A stretch of 64,000 nucleotides of DNA from contig OZ059898.1 of the NCBI GenBank assembly GCA_964057225.1, positions 6,262,001 through 6,326,000 of the forward strand. Reading direction: 5' to 3'. Each line of letters opens with the position of its first letter. Position 1 is the stretch's first letter. Shown piece after piece: positions 28,315 through 41,338 of the stretch. The notes beneath the pieces were generated by a model, which ran no database searches, was not told where the DNA came from, and saw only the letters and a list, made by a program, of their open reading frames with translations. Both the position numbers and the translations under genes were made by a program. This stretch comes from Auanema rhodensis. Lineage: Eukaryota > Animalia > Nematoda.

Positions 28315-29802
28315 ATGTTCAAGATTTGTTTTGTTTTTTTACTTTTTGTACATTCAACTGTTTTGGAAACACCGTGTTCAACATATGGATTCAATTGGGC
28401 TGCCGAAATAAGATGTTTAAGATCTTTACTAAGCCAATGTACAGGACCTAGTCCTCATAGAGGTAAAATATATTTTTTTTTAATATTAAAAGATAAAACT
28501 TGAATTGAATATACATCCTTACATAGTAGATTTATTTGAAAAAAAAATACAAAATTTCAGATATTATTATATATTGTTTCAGTTTGATTCAGAAACTTGA
28601 TAACAAACAATAAAAATATCTTTTTTAATAGAAAATAAATAGAAAATAATAAAATTTATTTATTTTTCTTAAATATATATTATGAATATTAACAAAACAA
28701 ACATTTTAAATAAGTTTCTTACAAAATTAGGAATACTTTGCTACATTTTAGGAGCACGGACAACTGATAATCATCATTCCTCATCCCGTATTGCTGATGC
28801 TCGATATCGTTCTTTTCAGCAAGGATATGCTATGAATCAGGGACATTGTACGAATATTATTTAATATATTTATATTTAAAATGAAAATGTTTTATTCATA
28901 TATATGTTTATAGCATATATAGCTGCTACAACAACTACTAAAATGGAAGATCTTATACCAAATATCACTGAAATAGTAGATAAGAGAGTTGCACAACTTA
29001 GGCTGCAGATTGATGCTGAAGTTAACAGAAAATTGAATGAACTTACCGTTAGTCTGATATTATATTCATTTTATATCTAAATCTATAATTTAGTTAAGAT
29101 TAGAAGGTGATGTAAGAAATAAAATTGAAAAAGATAGCCAATATAATACTAGGCATATCGAACAAGAAATTAGGAAATTGAAGGTAAATTCAATTTACTT
29201 TCTATTTAGTGGATTTCAATTTTTTTAATTTTAAATTTTCAAAAACCCCTTTAATTATTAGTGGCAATTCCTGTTTGTAGAGGCGAGTTGATCTGTTATC
29301 AGCACGTGTCCATAAGTATGGAGAGAACGAATACATTTATGTTTCTGTGAGTTGAATATTATGATTTGACAAATAAATTAAAAATATTTCAGAACCGTGA
29401 ATCTTGGTATCATGCTCAAGATGTCTGTGTTCAATGGGGTGGTAACCTAGCTGCAGTTGAAACTGATGATGAGAATTCAATAATTTCAGGTTGAAGTTTA
29501 AACAAAATTATTTTTCTTTTACTAATATTATTGAAGAAATAATACAAGACGAAGGTGCTTGGATAGGATTGAACGATGTACAGCGGGAAAATATTTTCCT
29601 ATATCCAGGAAACTTCAATTACACCTATCGAAACTGGCAGCTAGGTTAAAGCGTCAACTAAGGATCATATTGCAAGTATTTATATGTTCTAGGCCAACCA
29701 GACAATGGAAATCATAACGAAAACTGTATAGAAATGGCTAGATCCGGACTATGGAGTGACGAACTTTGCCTGCTCCGACGACCATTTATATGCAAACGTT
29801 AA
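28315..29802 (+). CDS. Secreted C-type lectin with a coiled-coil neck and a QPD-type CTLD
   Basis: Signal peptide MFKICFVFLLFVHS; heptad-like region IVDKRVAQLRLQIDAEVNRKLNELTLRLE..IEQEIRKLK; CTLD SWYHAQDVCVQWGGNLA..AWIGLND..YRNWQLGQPDNGNHNENC..WSDELC..PFICKR*. Confidence 0.9.
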
Positions 29803-30222
29803 ATAATATTGAACTGATATAAATTTGTCACAACTACTTATAAGAACGAATCTTTGAATTCCTCATATACTATTCAATGTATTTTCTAAATTTCAAAAAT
29901 TTTCCTATATATATGAACTGAGCTTTGAACGATAATACATAACGATAAAGCTGTTCATAAACCCTTGACAAATATTAAAGGTCTAATCGTACTCGTTTCG
30001 GGACGCTATTTGTTGTACAACGTAAGTTGGACACAGAATAGACACGTAAACTACCATGAGGATACCATATTTTTTGTTTATTTTCTTTACATTTAAATGT
30101 AAATTATATTTTTTTTTTGAAATAAATTGCTTTTTGATCATGTTATTATTTGTGATTGGTTGTTACGCATGAAATTATATTATAATGTTGTAAAATAGCA
30201 TTTATAATTTTTCAGGGCCAAA

Positions 30223-31071
30223 ATGCTGAATTGGCTGGTTCTCTTAGCGTTGGTTAGCTCTTCCTCTGCCTATTTCATTCATATTGATGCTAACGAGGTT
30301 TAAATATATTCCCTAATTTTTTAAAAATGTTTTTATTTAGGAACAATGCTTTTTTGATAGAGTACTTACCGGAACCACAATGGGCTTGATGTTCGAAGTA
30401 GCCGAAGGAGGATTCCTCGATATTGACGTTAAGGTATGTAAAGAAATCTTTTTTTTTCTTATATATTTATTCTTTAAGATTGTTGGCCCAGATAATAAGG
30501 AAATCTATAAGGGTGAACGTGAAACTTCTGGAAAATACACATTCGCAGCTTATATGGATGGTCTCTACACTTACTGTTTCGGTAATAAGATGAGCACCAT
30601 GACTCCAAAGGTAGTGGGAATCATTCATTACTGAGATAAACTTCCTATTGTAGGCTGTAATGTTCACAGTTGATATTGTTGAACCACATGCTGCTGCAGT
30701 ACCTGGTGCTGCTCCAAACCAAGATGCTGGTAAATCTATAAACTGTTTTTGTGCATTGTAAAGCATATTGCATTTAGCTGATAGCCAAAAGCTAGAAGAA
30801 ATGGTACGTGAATTGTCAACAGCTCTCATGTCAGTAAAACATGAGCAAGAATACATGGAAGTCAGAGAGAGAGTTCACAGAACTAGTGAGTTACTTTCAA
30901 AATTTTTTTGCATGTTAGTACATTTAATTATGAATATTTTTTTCAGTCAACGAAAATACTAACAGTCGCGTTGTTTTATGGGCTATTTTCGAAGCTATTG
31001 TTTTGGTTTCGATGACATTGGGTCAAGTATGGTATTTGAAGCGCTTCTTCGAAGTTAGAACAGTAGTTTAA
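30223..31071 (+). CDS. sel-9: p24/TMED2 cargo receptor (emp24/gp25L family)
   Basis: 6 exons: [101 protein letters not shown]. These are diagnostic TMED2 motifs. TTTCAG lies 7 nt upstream of the ATG. Confidence 0.92.
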
Positions 31072-34000
31072 AAGACGGGCTCTAGGTAAAATTTAACATA
31101 TTGAAAACTTTTTTGTTGTCAATTAAGTATATCTATTTATCTATGCGCCTCTCTTTCTGTATTTCTGCTCCCCTTTATATTGTTCGAAACTTATCGAATT
31201 TAGTGTCTATGAATACCACAACTGCTTTCTACTTGATAGTCTCTATTTATAGATTTTGTTAAGTTATTTCCCGGGTTGGGGTTGCAAAGTTCTGTAGTAT
31301 ACATTTACCTTTTTGTCTCCTCATCGGCTTTGGATGAAGTTCGTAATTTATTTTTTTTGTTATGCGTGTTTCGTATTTAATGGAACATTGTCTGTGATGT
31401 CCGGTAATGGAATTAAATTTTTGTTTATAACATTTGAGTCCCTTTGGATTTAAAAAAATCGTAATTTCATGGAATATGTCTGGTAGAAGATATAATCGGA
31501 GGTTGCGTAAGGGAGAAGATTATTGTGGTGCATGGAAGAGCCAATGCTACAACTTGAGCTAGGTCAAGGTTTGGGTAAGTCGGCTCGAGTGAATTTTTGT
31601 TACGAGATGAAATAAAAGTTTAGATCAATATGTCATTTAGATTAATATATATTTCTTGATTGAAAATGATCTCATAATGTTCGACTCATTGGTCAGCAGG
31701 TCATAAGGAGATTGAAAAAGAAAAATATTTACAATCAAATGTTTTCTGAATTCTAGTATTTACAATTTGAAATATCTTCTGTTTAATGACGCTTGAACTT
31801 TTCCTTTTTGAGATTTTTGTATTTGTTTACCATTTCCTGTAGAATATGATGCGTTATGTGCTTATATTCTAACTAATTTTCTGAATACAAATATTTCTTA
31901 AAAATCTATGTTCATGGTCGTTTTAAGATACTACAATCTTTCCAACATGAGTTCAATTTCGCCAAATGTATTACCAAAATGGTGGAAAGGTTCGTTGCCC
32001 GTAACGATTCCATTAGTTCTTTTTTTAAAATAAAACATCTTAATGAAATGTAGTGTATTGATTTGAGGAGATATTTTAAATATCTTGAACTCTAAGAGAA
32101 AGCTGAATCATACATTCCTCTTATCTGGGAAGTAAGTTTTCTTTCTTAAACATTTAATATTTCCTTCTGAAGTATTATCTAATACCAGAATATGGAACGT
32201 CCCACATCAAGCATTATTTCGGAACTCGGCTGCGATCGTCTCACAATTTAGATTCTTGCTGGAAAAAAAAGCGGATGATGTTGTTTAGAGATCTTTTGAA
32301 GTTTTTTTTTCTAAACATGGAAATGAAATGATTCATGTCCTATGAAGCCTTTGTGAAGTCAATGTGACGATGTTCAAATGATCATAAATGGTGATATCGG
32401 ACTGTTGAGTTCGAGAAATAGCGAAAATGGGCTAAAAAGACCTTCACCTATAGGCATCGTCTATATTCATGATGATCGTTCCCTTCCACTTTTTTTCGCC
32501 GAAGCCGATTCATTAACTGTCGTGGCACGTTGTAGTACCTGGAAAACGTCGTCACTTTTTTCAGAATGTTATTCATTCAGTTATTCAGATTTACGACACG
32601 TTTTTTGAGGAGATCTTCTTGTACTTATTCATGTAATTGTGATATATCATATGATGTTTTAGTTATTCAACTTCAACTTCAATGAAATGAATGATTTTTA
32701 TTATATTCATTAAATGGTCAAAGTATTTTTTATTTATATAATCGTGGGATAAGTTATTGAAATCGTAGTTCATAGAAAGACATGATAGTAATACAATCTT
32801 CTTTAATACTATATTCATAGTTGATGAAATGGAAACAAAATACGTCAATGTTCTCAATTCTTTAGATTTATTTCATGTGAAACTGATTGTTAAAGACAAG
32901 ATTTAAGCATGTGCCAAACGATAACCGTCTGGATGGTTACATCTTATATGACAACGACAGCGATAGTAACAGCAGTACTGTCCGTCCTTGACATAGCTTC
33001 GTTTCGGTCATCGTCACAATGTTCGTGAGACTTTACCTACGAAAACAATTCAAACATTACATCAATTTGATGACCAATTCGTTTTATTATATGATATAGT
33101 AAAGCCAGCAAGAAAAATAATTAAAGTAATAGAAGATAGTAACTAATACAATCTTGATTGTTAAATTACAGTTGCATATCAAGTTATTTTTGAGTCATGC
33201 ACATAGTATAATATCACATTTGTTTTTTCAAAATTTTTGAAATAAAGTATTTGAAAACATGAAGTATAAGATTTTTGATTTAAATTTGTTTTATCTTCAG
33301 AAATAATAATATAATTCAAATATAATTATAAACACTTACATTGAACATTGACAGTGATTCATCTTAAAATCATAAAAAAAGGTATTTTCATGTTTAATTG
33401 TGACAGAAACACAAAAATAGATTTTTACTTACAAAAAATTTTGTTCCTTGAATCAAAAAAATCGTAAAAAACTAGTGATTTTGAATTACTTGAGTGTTAA
33501 CGAGGTGTGTACTATGTTTTACACTTGAATAGATATAGTAAGATTGTAATCAGAACATCAGATTTATTAATATTACTAATGTGATTTAAGGATATAATCA
33601 AATTATATATACATATATGGTATATGAGAAAGTTATTCTTAATAAATATAAAATTTATAATCAAGTTTTATATGATTTTATTGATTTTCATTTATGAATT
33701 TTGTTAATTATAATATTTAAAATATATTTGTTGATTAACATTTCCTAAAAAATAATTTTATTTGTAAATATAAACATAGTGTTTAGAATATTTTCTTATT
33801 GTAAAAAAAACCAATAAAAACATTTTTGAAGGTCGATGCTTCAGAAATATTTTTTCAAAATCGTTTTGTTGCTCTGTAATACATTTGTGGGCAAAATGAA
33901 GAGGAAAAAATTAGGATCTAGAAACAGAAATAAAACTTGATGTTGAATATATTTGTAAATGAAAACAAAATGTATTATTAAAGATTTTCTGAGGAAATTC

Positions 34001-34564
34001 AAATATTATTTAAGAAATATAAAAGCTTTTCAATCTAAAGGTAAAGAAGAGTACAGAAAATGTTCAAACTAATTATGTCATGTCTATTAGATTTCTAATC
34101 AAATAATATTTTTATGTGTCAGATAATCAGAATAGATTAAAATCTTCTTTTCTCACACTCATCTTACTGTCTTGTCTTGGAGCTATGATTTGATTGGTCA
34201 TGATGTCATGATGTCGGCTTGTCGCTTCTCACATACAGGTAGATCGTCATCCTCCTCTTAAAGATTGTAATCATAGATGGAGCGGAGTTGGATAAAGCAG
34301 AGCTATATGAGTTATATACGCTCAATGAGCTTATCGATCAATCAAAATCTAAAAGTAATTCGAATCTTGTTTGCCTTGACACGAACTGATTCAAACAGTA
34401 ATGTCGTTACATGCACACTTTCTTATTCATTAATGAGTTTTCTAGAGTTTTGGTACTAGATAGTTGAAGCCATTGCTCATTCCATAACAATCTTTATACT
34501 AATATTCTACTATTATTATTATTATTATAAACTATATTTATTATTATCTATCTAATAAATTATA

Positions 34565-34595
<31 letters not shown>

Positions 34596-36719
34596 ATTTA
34601 AGATTTTATTTATAATATTTTCTTAATTGAATCTTTCTTTTCTGCTATAAGCATGTATATCTCTTGATTGACGGTGCCAAAAGCAAGAACAGCTTAGAGC
34701 ATTATTACTCTGACAGTTGATTTAATTATTTATTTATATTACTATATTCAAATTAATTATATAAATAATATCTCTGATTATATCGTTTTTTTTAAATTTC
34801 TGTTGAATTTCACTAGTTGTCAATGAAATTGTCTCCAATTGTGTGTTTATAAGTCTTTAAAGGATTATCCATCTCACTGTTTGGCAGTATGATGGTTAAG
34901 AAGAAATTTTATAATTTTCTTTAAAAACCTTAAGTTCTATGCTATGTTTGTAAGATCAAAGGAGAACTTCTGTAATTCTTCTGATAAGTCATAATTGGTG
35001 AAGTAATGACGACAAAGTGAGAAAGTAGAGTTCATGAGAAAGTTTGAATGATGAGCATTAGTAGGCTGTATACAGATTTAAGCTGATTAAACGTATTTCT
35101 TGAAAGAGTCTTTTCTCCAATATGCTTTTTCTTGAACAAGGATCTGCACTTTCCTGCTGATTCAGTGGCAACTACTGGGTCACCTTGACCCTTAAACGAC
35201 TTTGTTTTGTGGCTTGTAATCAGCGCTCTAAAATTTTTTTTCACATACCAATTAGTTGAATCAACATATGGCATGTTTTTGAAAAAATTGAGTATTTTCA
35301 CAAGAAGTTAGAATTTTAATTATCAAACTTTGGCATTGAGTTGCGCAATTGAGCGTAAATCTGAATGTTTTGGATAAATTGAAATTCTTTGAAGAAAAGC
35401 GAAGGATGAAGAAATATTCAAAGATTAGAAACATTCAAAAAATTAGATTCACAGATGTTTTTTTCATTTCTTTTCGGAAATTTGTAATTCAAAGACTACA
35501 ACAAATTACTGTAATGATGTCATAGTGTAAAGTTCACACTGTAGCTAGTAGGATACGGTATTTTTTGAATTTTCATATATTTGTTCATTTTTAATTGTAA
35601 ATAAAATATTTTTTTTATAAAATATAGCTTTGTCTTTTTTATATAAAATTCATTTATGTTCATTCCATTGAACTTAGAAAAACGCAGATGCCCTTCTATT
35701 GACCGTGTTCATCAGGTCGTTCTACTCTCGATATCCAACGACATTAGAAAATGTGATAATGCCCATGATTAACACAAAAAGAGAGAAAGATAATAATAGA
35801 AAAAATAAGAGAACGAGGAGTAAAAAGAGAGAGAATAGCATGTAAGAAAGGAAGAAATGAAGCGAATTTCAAGAGAATTCTGTAGACGTCGGCAGGCCAT
35901 GATCATCGTCAATTCGTTAGAATCCTTAACGCGACTATTACAAAGTGGTACGCCATGGTGCAAAAAGGACAATAGCTCGTTTCCGATGGCATCTTATTCC
36001 AAGGTGATTTGAACCTATGTAGTCCGATCAGTACAGAGCTTTTGAAATTCTGATAGCACGAAGTCATCATCATCAGTTTGTTGTTGAGTCATTGCAAAAA
36101 CTTTTGTTCCGTCATTTTAACAACAAAAACAGATTCAGATGCAAACCGTATACTTCTCCATTATATTTTATATTTTATATGAATTTAATTATTTTTTTTT
36201 CAAAATAAAATAAAAAATTTTAAACTTTAGGAATCATTTTATTTATCTTTTTCTTAAATTTAAAATTAAATCTTTTACGTATATGCTATGTTTATTAAGA
36301 AAATAATATTATTTTAACTTTATTATACAAATATTTTTGATGGAATAATCAAGTTATCATAACATATAGTTAGTTTTACTATATAGTGAAAGGATATAAT
36401 TATTCTTTCTTTTATTACAATTTAAACTTATATGTTAGATAAGTATGACGCATATCATTTGATTTGAAAAAAATCTCAAAATTTTGAAAAAATATTTGAT
36501 TTCTCAGCAATTTTCTTAATTTTTTAATTTAATTATTTTCATTTTATACTTTAATTGTGAAAATATTCTGAAGTATTCTGTCATATTTGGTATATTTCAT
36601 CTCTCTGTTTTACTTTTTTCTATGAAGAGTTTCTAACTATTACAAGATAATTTGAAAAAATTCTTCTTATCTTTTTGAAATTTCATTATTTGCCATCAAG
36701 GAATCTCTGTAATGTTTTT

Positions 36720-39700
36720 TCCCTCCTCCTCCTTCAACGTTGACCTTGGGTACCAATTGGTCTGCCCAAATATGGGACGAAGGTAAGAAAGGGGTGGAGA
36801 CCCCCTATCCCCAAGTTCACCACTGGCTAGACGTCGGTCGAGAGAAAGGATGGAGCTGGACTAGACAGACAGAATGTGAATTCAGATTCAAGTTTTACTT
36901 TTACATGAAATTGATCTTCCTCTTAAAACATTAATTATGCTTTGTATGCTCTTTATTTTGATTATTTCCATTTTTGAAGTTAAACAAGGAGTAAAAACTC
37001 AGAAGATTTGAGCATAAAAAGACATTGCAGAAAGTTTTTATTAGATACATGAAGTATGAGAGATAAAATGAAAAGTGATTCTTGATATATTAACACTTAT
37101 ATATTATATATTTCATTGATGTTTTGATTTCGCTTTTCTTATCCTACTTTTATCCACACATTTTTCTTTCAATCGGTAATTGGGCCGATTTCATTTCCGA
37201 TTTGTTCTTAAATCCTCGCCTCTTTGTTTTTTGTTTTCCTCTATTGGCTTACCTTACTTTTTTTCTTTTTCTCTCTCTCATTTATCTCAGAATTACAGAA
37301 ATTACAGATTAATTATTTTATCATTTAGATAGAATATAATATATAAATGAATCAAATATCATTCTTGACCTTTTAACTGATTATTGTCCTTGATGTTCAA
37401 TGTTTCAAGTTCAAATCAGCTTTCGCGTTCTTCATATTTGGTCACTCCCATACCATGACTTTGCAACATCTTTTAGTATCTTTTATTTTTTTCAAAAACA
37501 AAAAACTTACATATGTATAACACATTGAATTCCATTTATGAACAATTCCACTTGTCCTTCCTTATGTTTTTTTTTCAAAAATTTCTTTAATATTACAAAC
37601 TTTTAAAATATAACGTTTATAAGTCTTTTTTTCCTACACTTCATATTACTTTCTCAATGTTGTTTCTTTTTTTGTTGAGGAAAATCATCTAAATAATGTC
37701 CTTCATCAATTTGTCGGACAGGCCAATTGACAGAGCTCATTGGAGATGATGATGGCTTCCTCAACACTGAACAGGCAGGCAGGCATGCCGTCAAGCCACT
37801 TGACTTCTGACACATATTGTGATTTTCAACAGATTCCAAATACAAGTTGAGAAAGTCAACGAGACGATGAAGGTTTTCCTTTTTTCGGATGGTTTGGTTA
37901 TTATTTATACATTAGAGAGTAGAAAAGTGAATAAAGCCATATAGTTAGGGTAGTATTGACATCAATTTTGAAGTCGGTAAGAAATGAAAGAAGACTGTGT
38001 TTTGAACCATATATGGCAACATTCTCTTTCTGTCTCTTTTCTCTTACTTCTCTTTTCGTCTTCTTCAACCTCAACATGTCACTCAGAAACATCTATATCT
38101 TATGAATCTCACTCTACTATTCCACATATTTTGTCGATTATTTTCACGAAATGATTTATATTTTTTCCAACGAAAATTTTAAACTTTCTCTTTGATTAGG
38201 ATAAGAAATCCACAGTTTTCATCTGAGTTATATCTGTATATGTTGTTATCCAGTTAAAAGTATGTACAGGCAACTTCAATTGGATTACCGTTGTCCTCAT
38301 TACCCAGCTGTTTTATAGAAAAATAAGTTCTTTACTTATTTGGAATAGTAATGACCTTCATATAAACTTCTTGAAAGTTGTATATCTTCATTCATGCTCT
38401 TTCTTTTGTATAATATTTCTTTATAATCTTTTATTTTTATTAATTTTATTCCATAAAATTATTTGTTATGCTTTCTTCTTTCCGAATCATCATGATCTTT
38501 ATCTATCTTTGATCATATTGATTATGGTACTGATGATGCAATCGTTTTTCTGGAGCATCAAACTCCTCCTTCACTACCTTAATCACATCAACATCTCTTT
38601 ATCTCGTTCTCAGACTATTTTGTGGATTAAGATTGTCTATTGCTCTGATTGTTAATGTGCTCTATATATTCAGCTCTGTATTCATTCAACTCTTACATAT
38701 ATATCTCAACTCTTATATATTTAATATATTTAATTTATTTTTTATTTTACAGTAGATTAATAATAATTATGGGTCGAGGGATGATGGGCTGGCTGGGCCC
38801 TATCACCCTCTGCCTCATCATGGCCGGATTAGCCGAAGGATTTTCCAAGAACTTTGTTAATAGCTCAATGCCAGAAATGAGACCAACTTTCGTAGTTAAT
38901 TTTGATATGTCAACTGTTATTTGTCAACATAGGTAAAATATAATTTTAATTATTCAATTTACATATTTTTTGTTTTAAAGTGCTGATCCAACTGATTTAC
39001 ATCTTCATGAAATGAGTATTTTATGTGATGGTAAATCAGATTGTTACCTTAATCCGGCTATGAATGATGAGAGTTTTCCATATTGCGGTAAGTAACAAAT
39101 TCTTTTTAATTTTATTTTTATTATCATTCTATTCATATTTATTGATTTAAAACTTTTTTTTTAACTTTTCTTCTTTAAGAAAAGTATTATTTCATTCATC
39201 TAATAATTCTTTATTCATCTTTTCGTCCCAGTTAGTTCATCTACACACCTTAGTATACAAGGTCATTAAATCCAAACGCAATTACCAATAATGTTGAGGA
39301 TGCGTTCGCACGGAAAAATGCTCCTGAATGTCAAAAACTTTTTTTTTTATTCCGAAGTATATTTCTTTAGAATATTTGAAAAGAAGAGAAAGGAATAAGT
39401 TTCTTTTGAAAAGATCTCGAATTAGCTGTTATATGCATCTTTGAGGCTAACGCTAATAACAATAATAATTCTGTTTTGTGCTAGTTTAAAGAAACACAGA
39501 TGAGATGAGAGACGACTTTGAATGAGTATAGTAGAGTATATTAGATCTAAATCTCAAATACTATGCCGATATTCTATAAATTATATTCTTAATACCATAT
39601 AAGTATGAATTTTGATTTAAAAAAAATGGAACTGTATCACATAATATCTTGATATATTACTGGGATATATTCTGTTTTATCTACAAAATCTTTTTACTCA

Positions 39701-41338
39701 AAAGATGTATAAAATATCTGCCGAAAATGATGAATATTTCAAATAGTATTCTTTATTTCTTTTTCTATCTTGTTATTTTCATAAGAAATGATGAAAACAT
39801 CATAAAAAAGGAAGTTATATCATGCAGTACCAGATAAAAGTTAAACAAAAAAATTGGTTAAGTTGACCAAGTTGGTGGGTATAAATGATTTGTTCCATTG
39901 ACCATAACCTAATTACTTTGATTTCCTATAAACAACTGAAGGTTTTTTTCTCACCTTCCATCTTTTACATCGATGGTACGAGCCCTACTTATTTTAAGTT
40001 TTACGAAATACAAAGTTATATCAGTTGTTTGTAATACAGCTAAAAGATATAATTTGTGGTTACGTCATTTCGTTTGAGCTGATTCAACTTATAGACGATT
40101 TTGGGATATGAAACGATCAGAAATCACATATCAATCTCATAAAAGATATATCTTTTCATTTGATTCGGGAAAAGAAAATTATTTTATGGATTTATCTTTT
40201 TACTTTTTTTTTCAGAGAGAAAATGTAATTCTACTTGTAATAACCGTGGAGCCTGTCTATACGATGGAGAAAAACCTCAATGTTACTGTAATTCCGGCTT
40301 TTTTGGTAAAACCTGTGAATTTGCCGGTAAGCCTTCAACAACAAATATATAATTTGAAAATATTTTCTAAATGTTTTATGAATTTAATCATTCAGATGCC
40401 AATGAATGTTTGGATAGACCTTGCCATTTGATGGCCCATTGTACAAACACTCCCGGAGCTTTTTCTTGCCAATGTTTCCCTGGATTTACCGGAGATGGAT
40501 ATCACTGTGCCGGTAAGTTTTTCCAAAATATAAATTCTTATAAATTTAAAATATATAAGAATAGTTAAATATTCAATCCTTTTTGTCATTTCTTCTCATC
40601 ATCACCATCTTCATCATCATTCAACACTTTTTTTTGCAACAAACCTATTAATTATAAGAAAATGTTTATAAGTTTCTTTAAGTTGTTTGCTATATAAGCC
40701 ATAAAACTTAAAAAAAAACATGACGGAAGTATAAAGATAGATTGGGTTTGTATGGACAAGTGGTCCCGAACCTTTAAAACCTTCTACTTTTTAGTCAAAA
40801 AAACATCTGTGAATGTCCTTGTTCTGAATTTGTCTTTGTAATACATACATCCAATTTTATATTTACGTAGTATAACATTAATTTATTCAAAAGAATTGAA
40901 AAGAATTACAGCACCACCCATATCGTCATTTCTCATTAATCTTCTTTCTTTGATTTTCATTTTTTTTGTTTTCATTTGAACATCTGTTGACATACGATTA
41001 CCTGAATATAACAAAAATGGCAGATTCTTTTAAATTATAATATATATTTATATGATTAAATATCCATTTAATTATATGACATTGACAAACTATTCAGTTA
41101 AAATAATTGGATAATGTTTCATAATTGTTTCAAAATAATTATTTGAAAAAACCTATTTAATATATAAACTATTATATATATATAGTATATATGATCTTAG
41201 ATATATTATAAGTATATTGTTACTTTCATATATATGTTTCAAGTTATTATAGTAGAAAAATATTATATAGTTTAAAATCATTCATATGATGATGATTCAA
41301 TAGGTACTTGTATTTACCTAGAAGACCACTGACCTTCT
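36720..41338. promoter_or_regulatory. Nuclear-receptor (NR5A/FTZ-F1-type) half-sites around the fbn-1 5' end
   Basis: TGACCTTG at 36741 inside a GC-rich patch, TGACCTTT at 37366, TGACCTTCA at 38352, CAAGGTCA at 39258 (intron 2) and TGACCTTC at 41330 (intron 4). Confidence 0.4.

Noticed and set aside
31440-32610. Slightly GC-richer stretch downstream of sel-9 as a possible gene or transposon relic
   Set aside because: Only short ORFs were found in the frames examined, with no recognisable motif or terminal repeats. A translated search would be needed.
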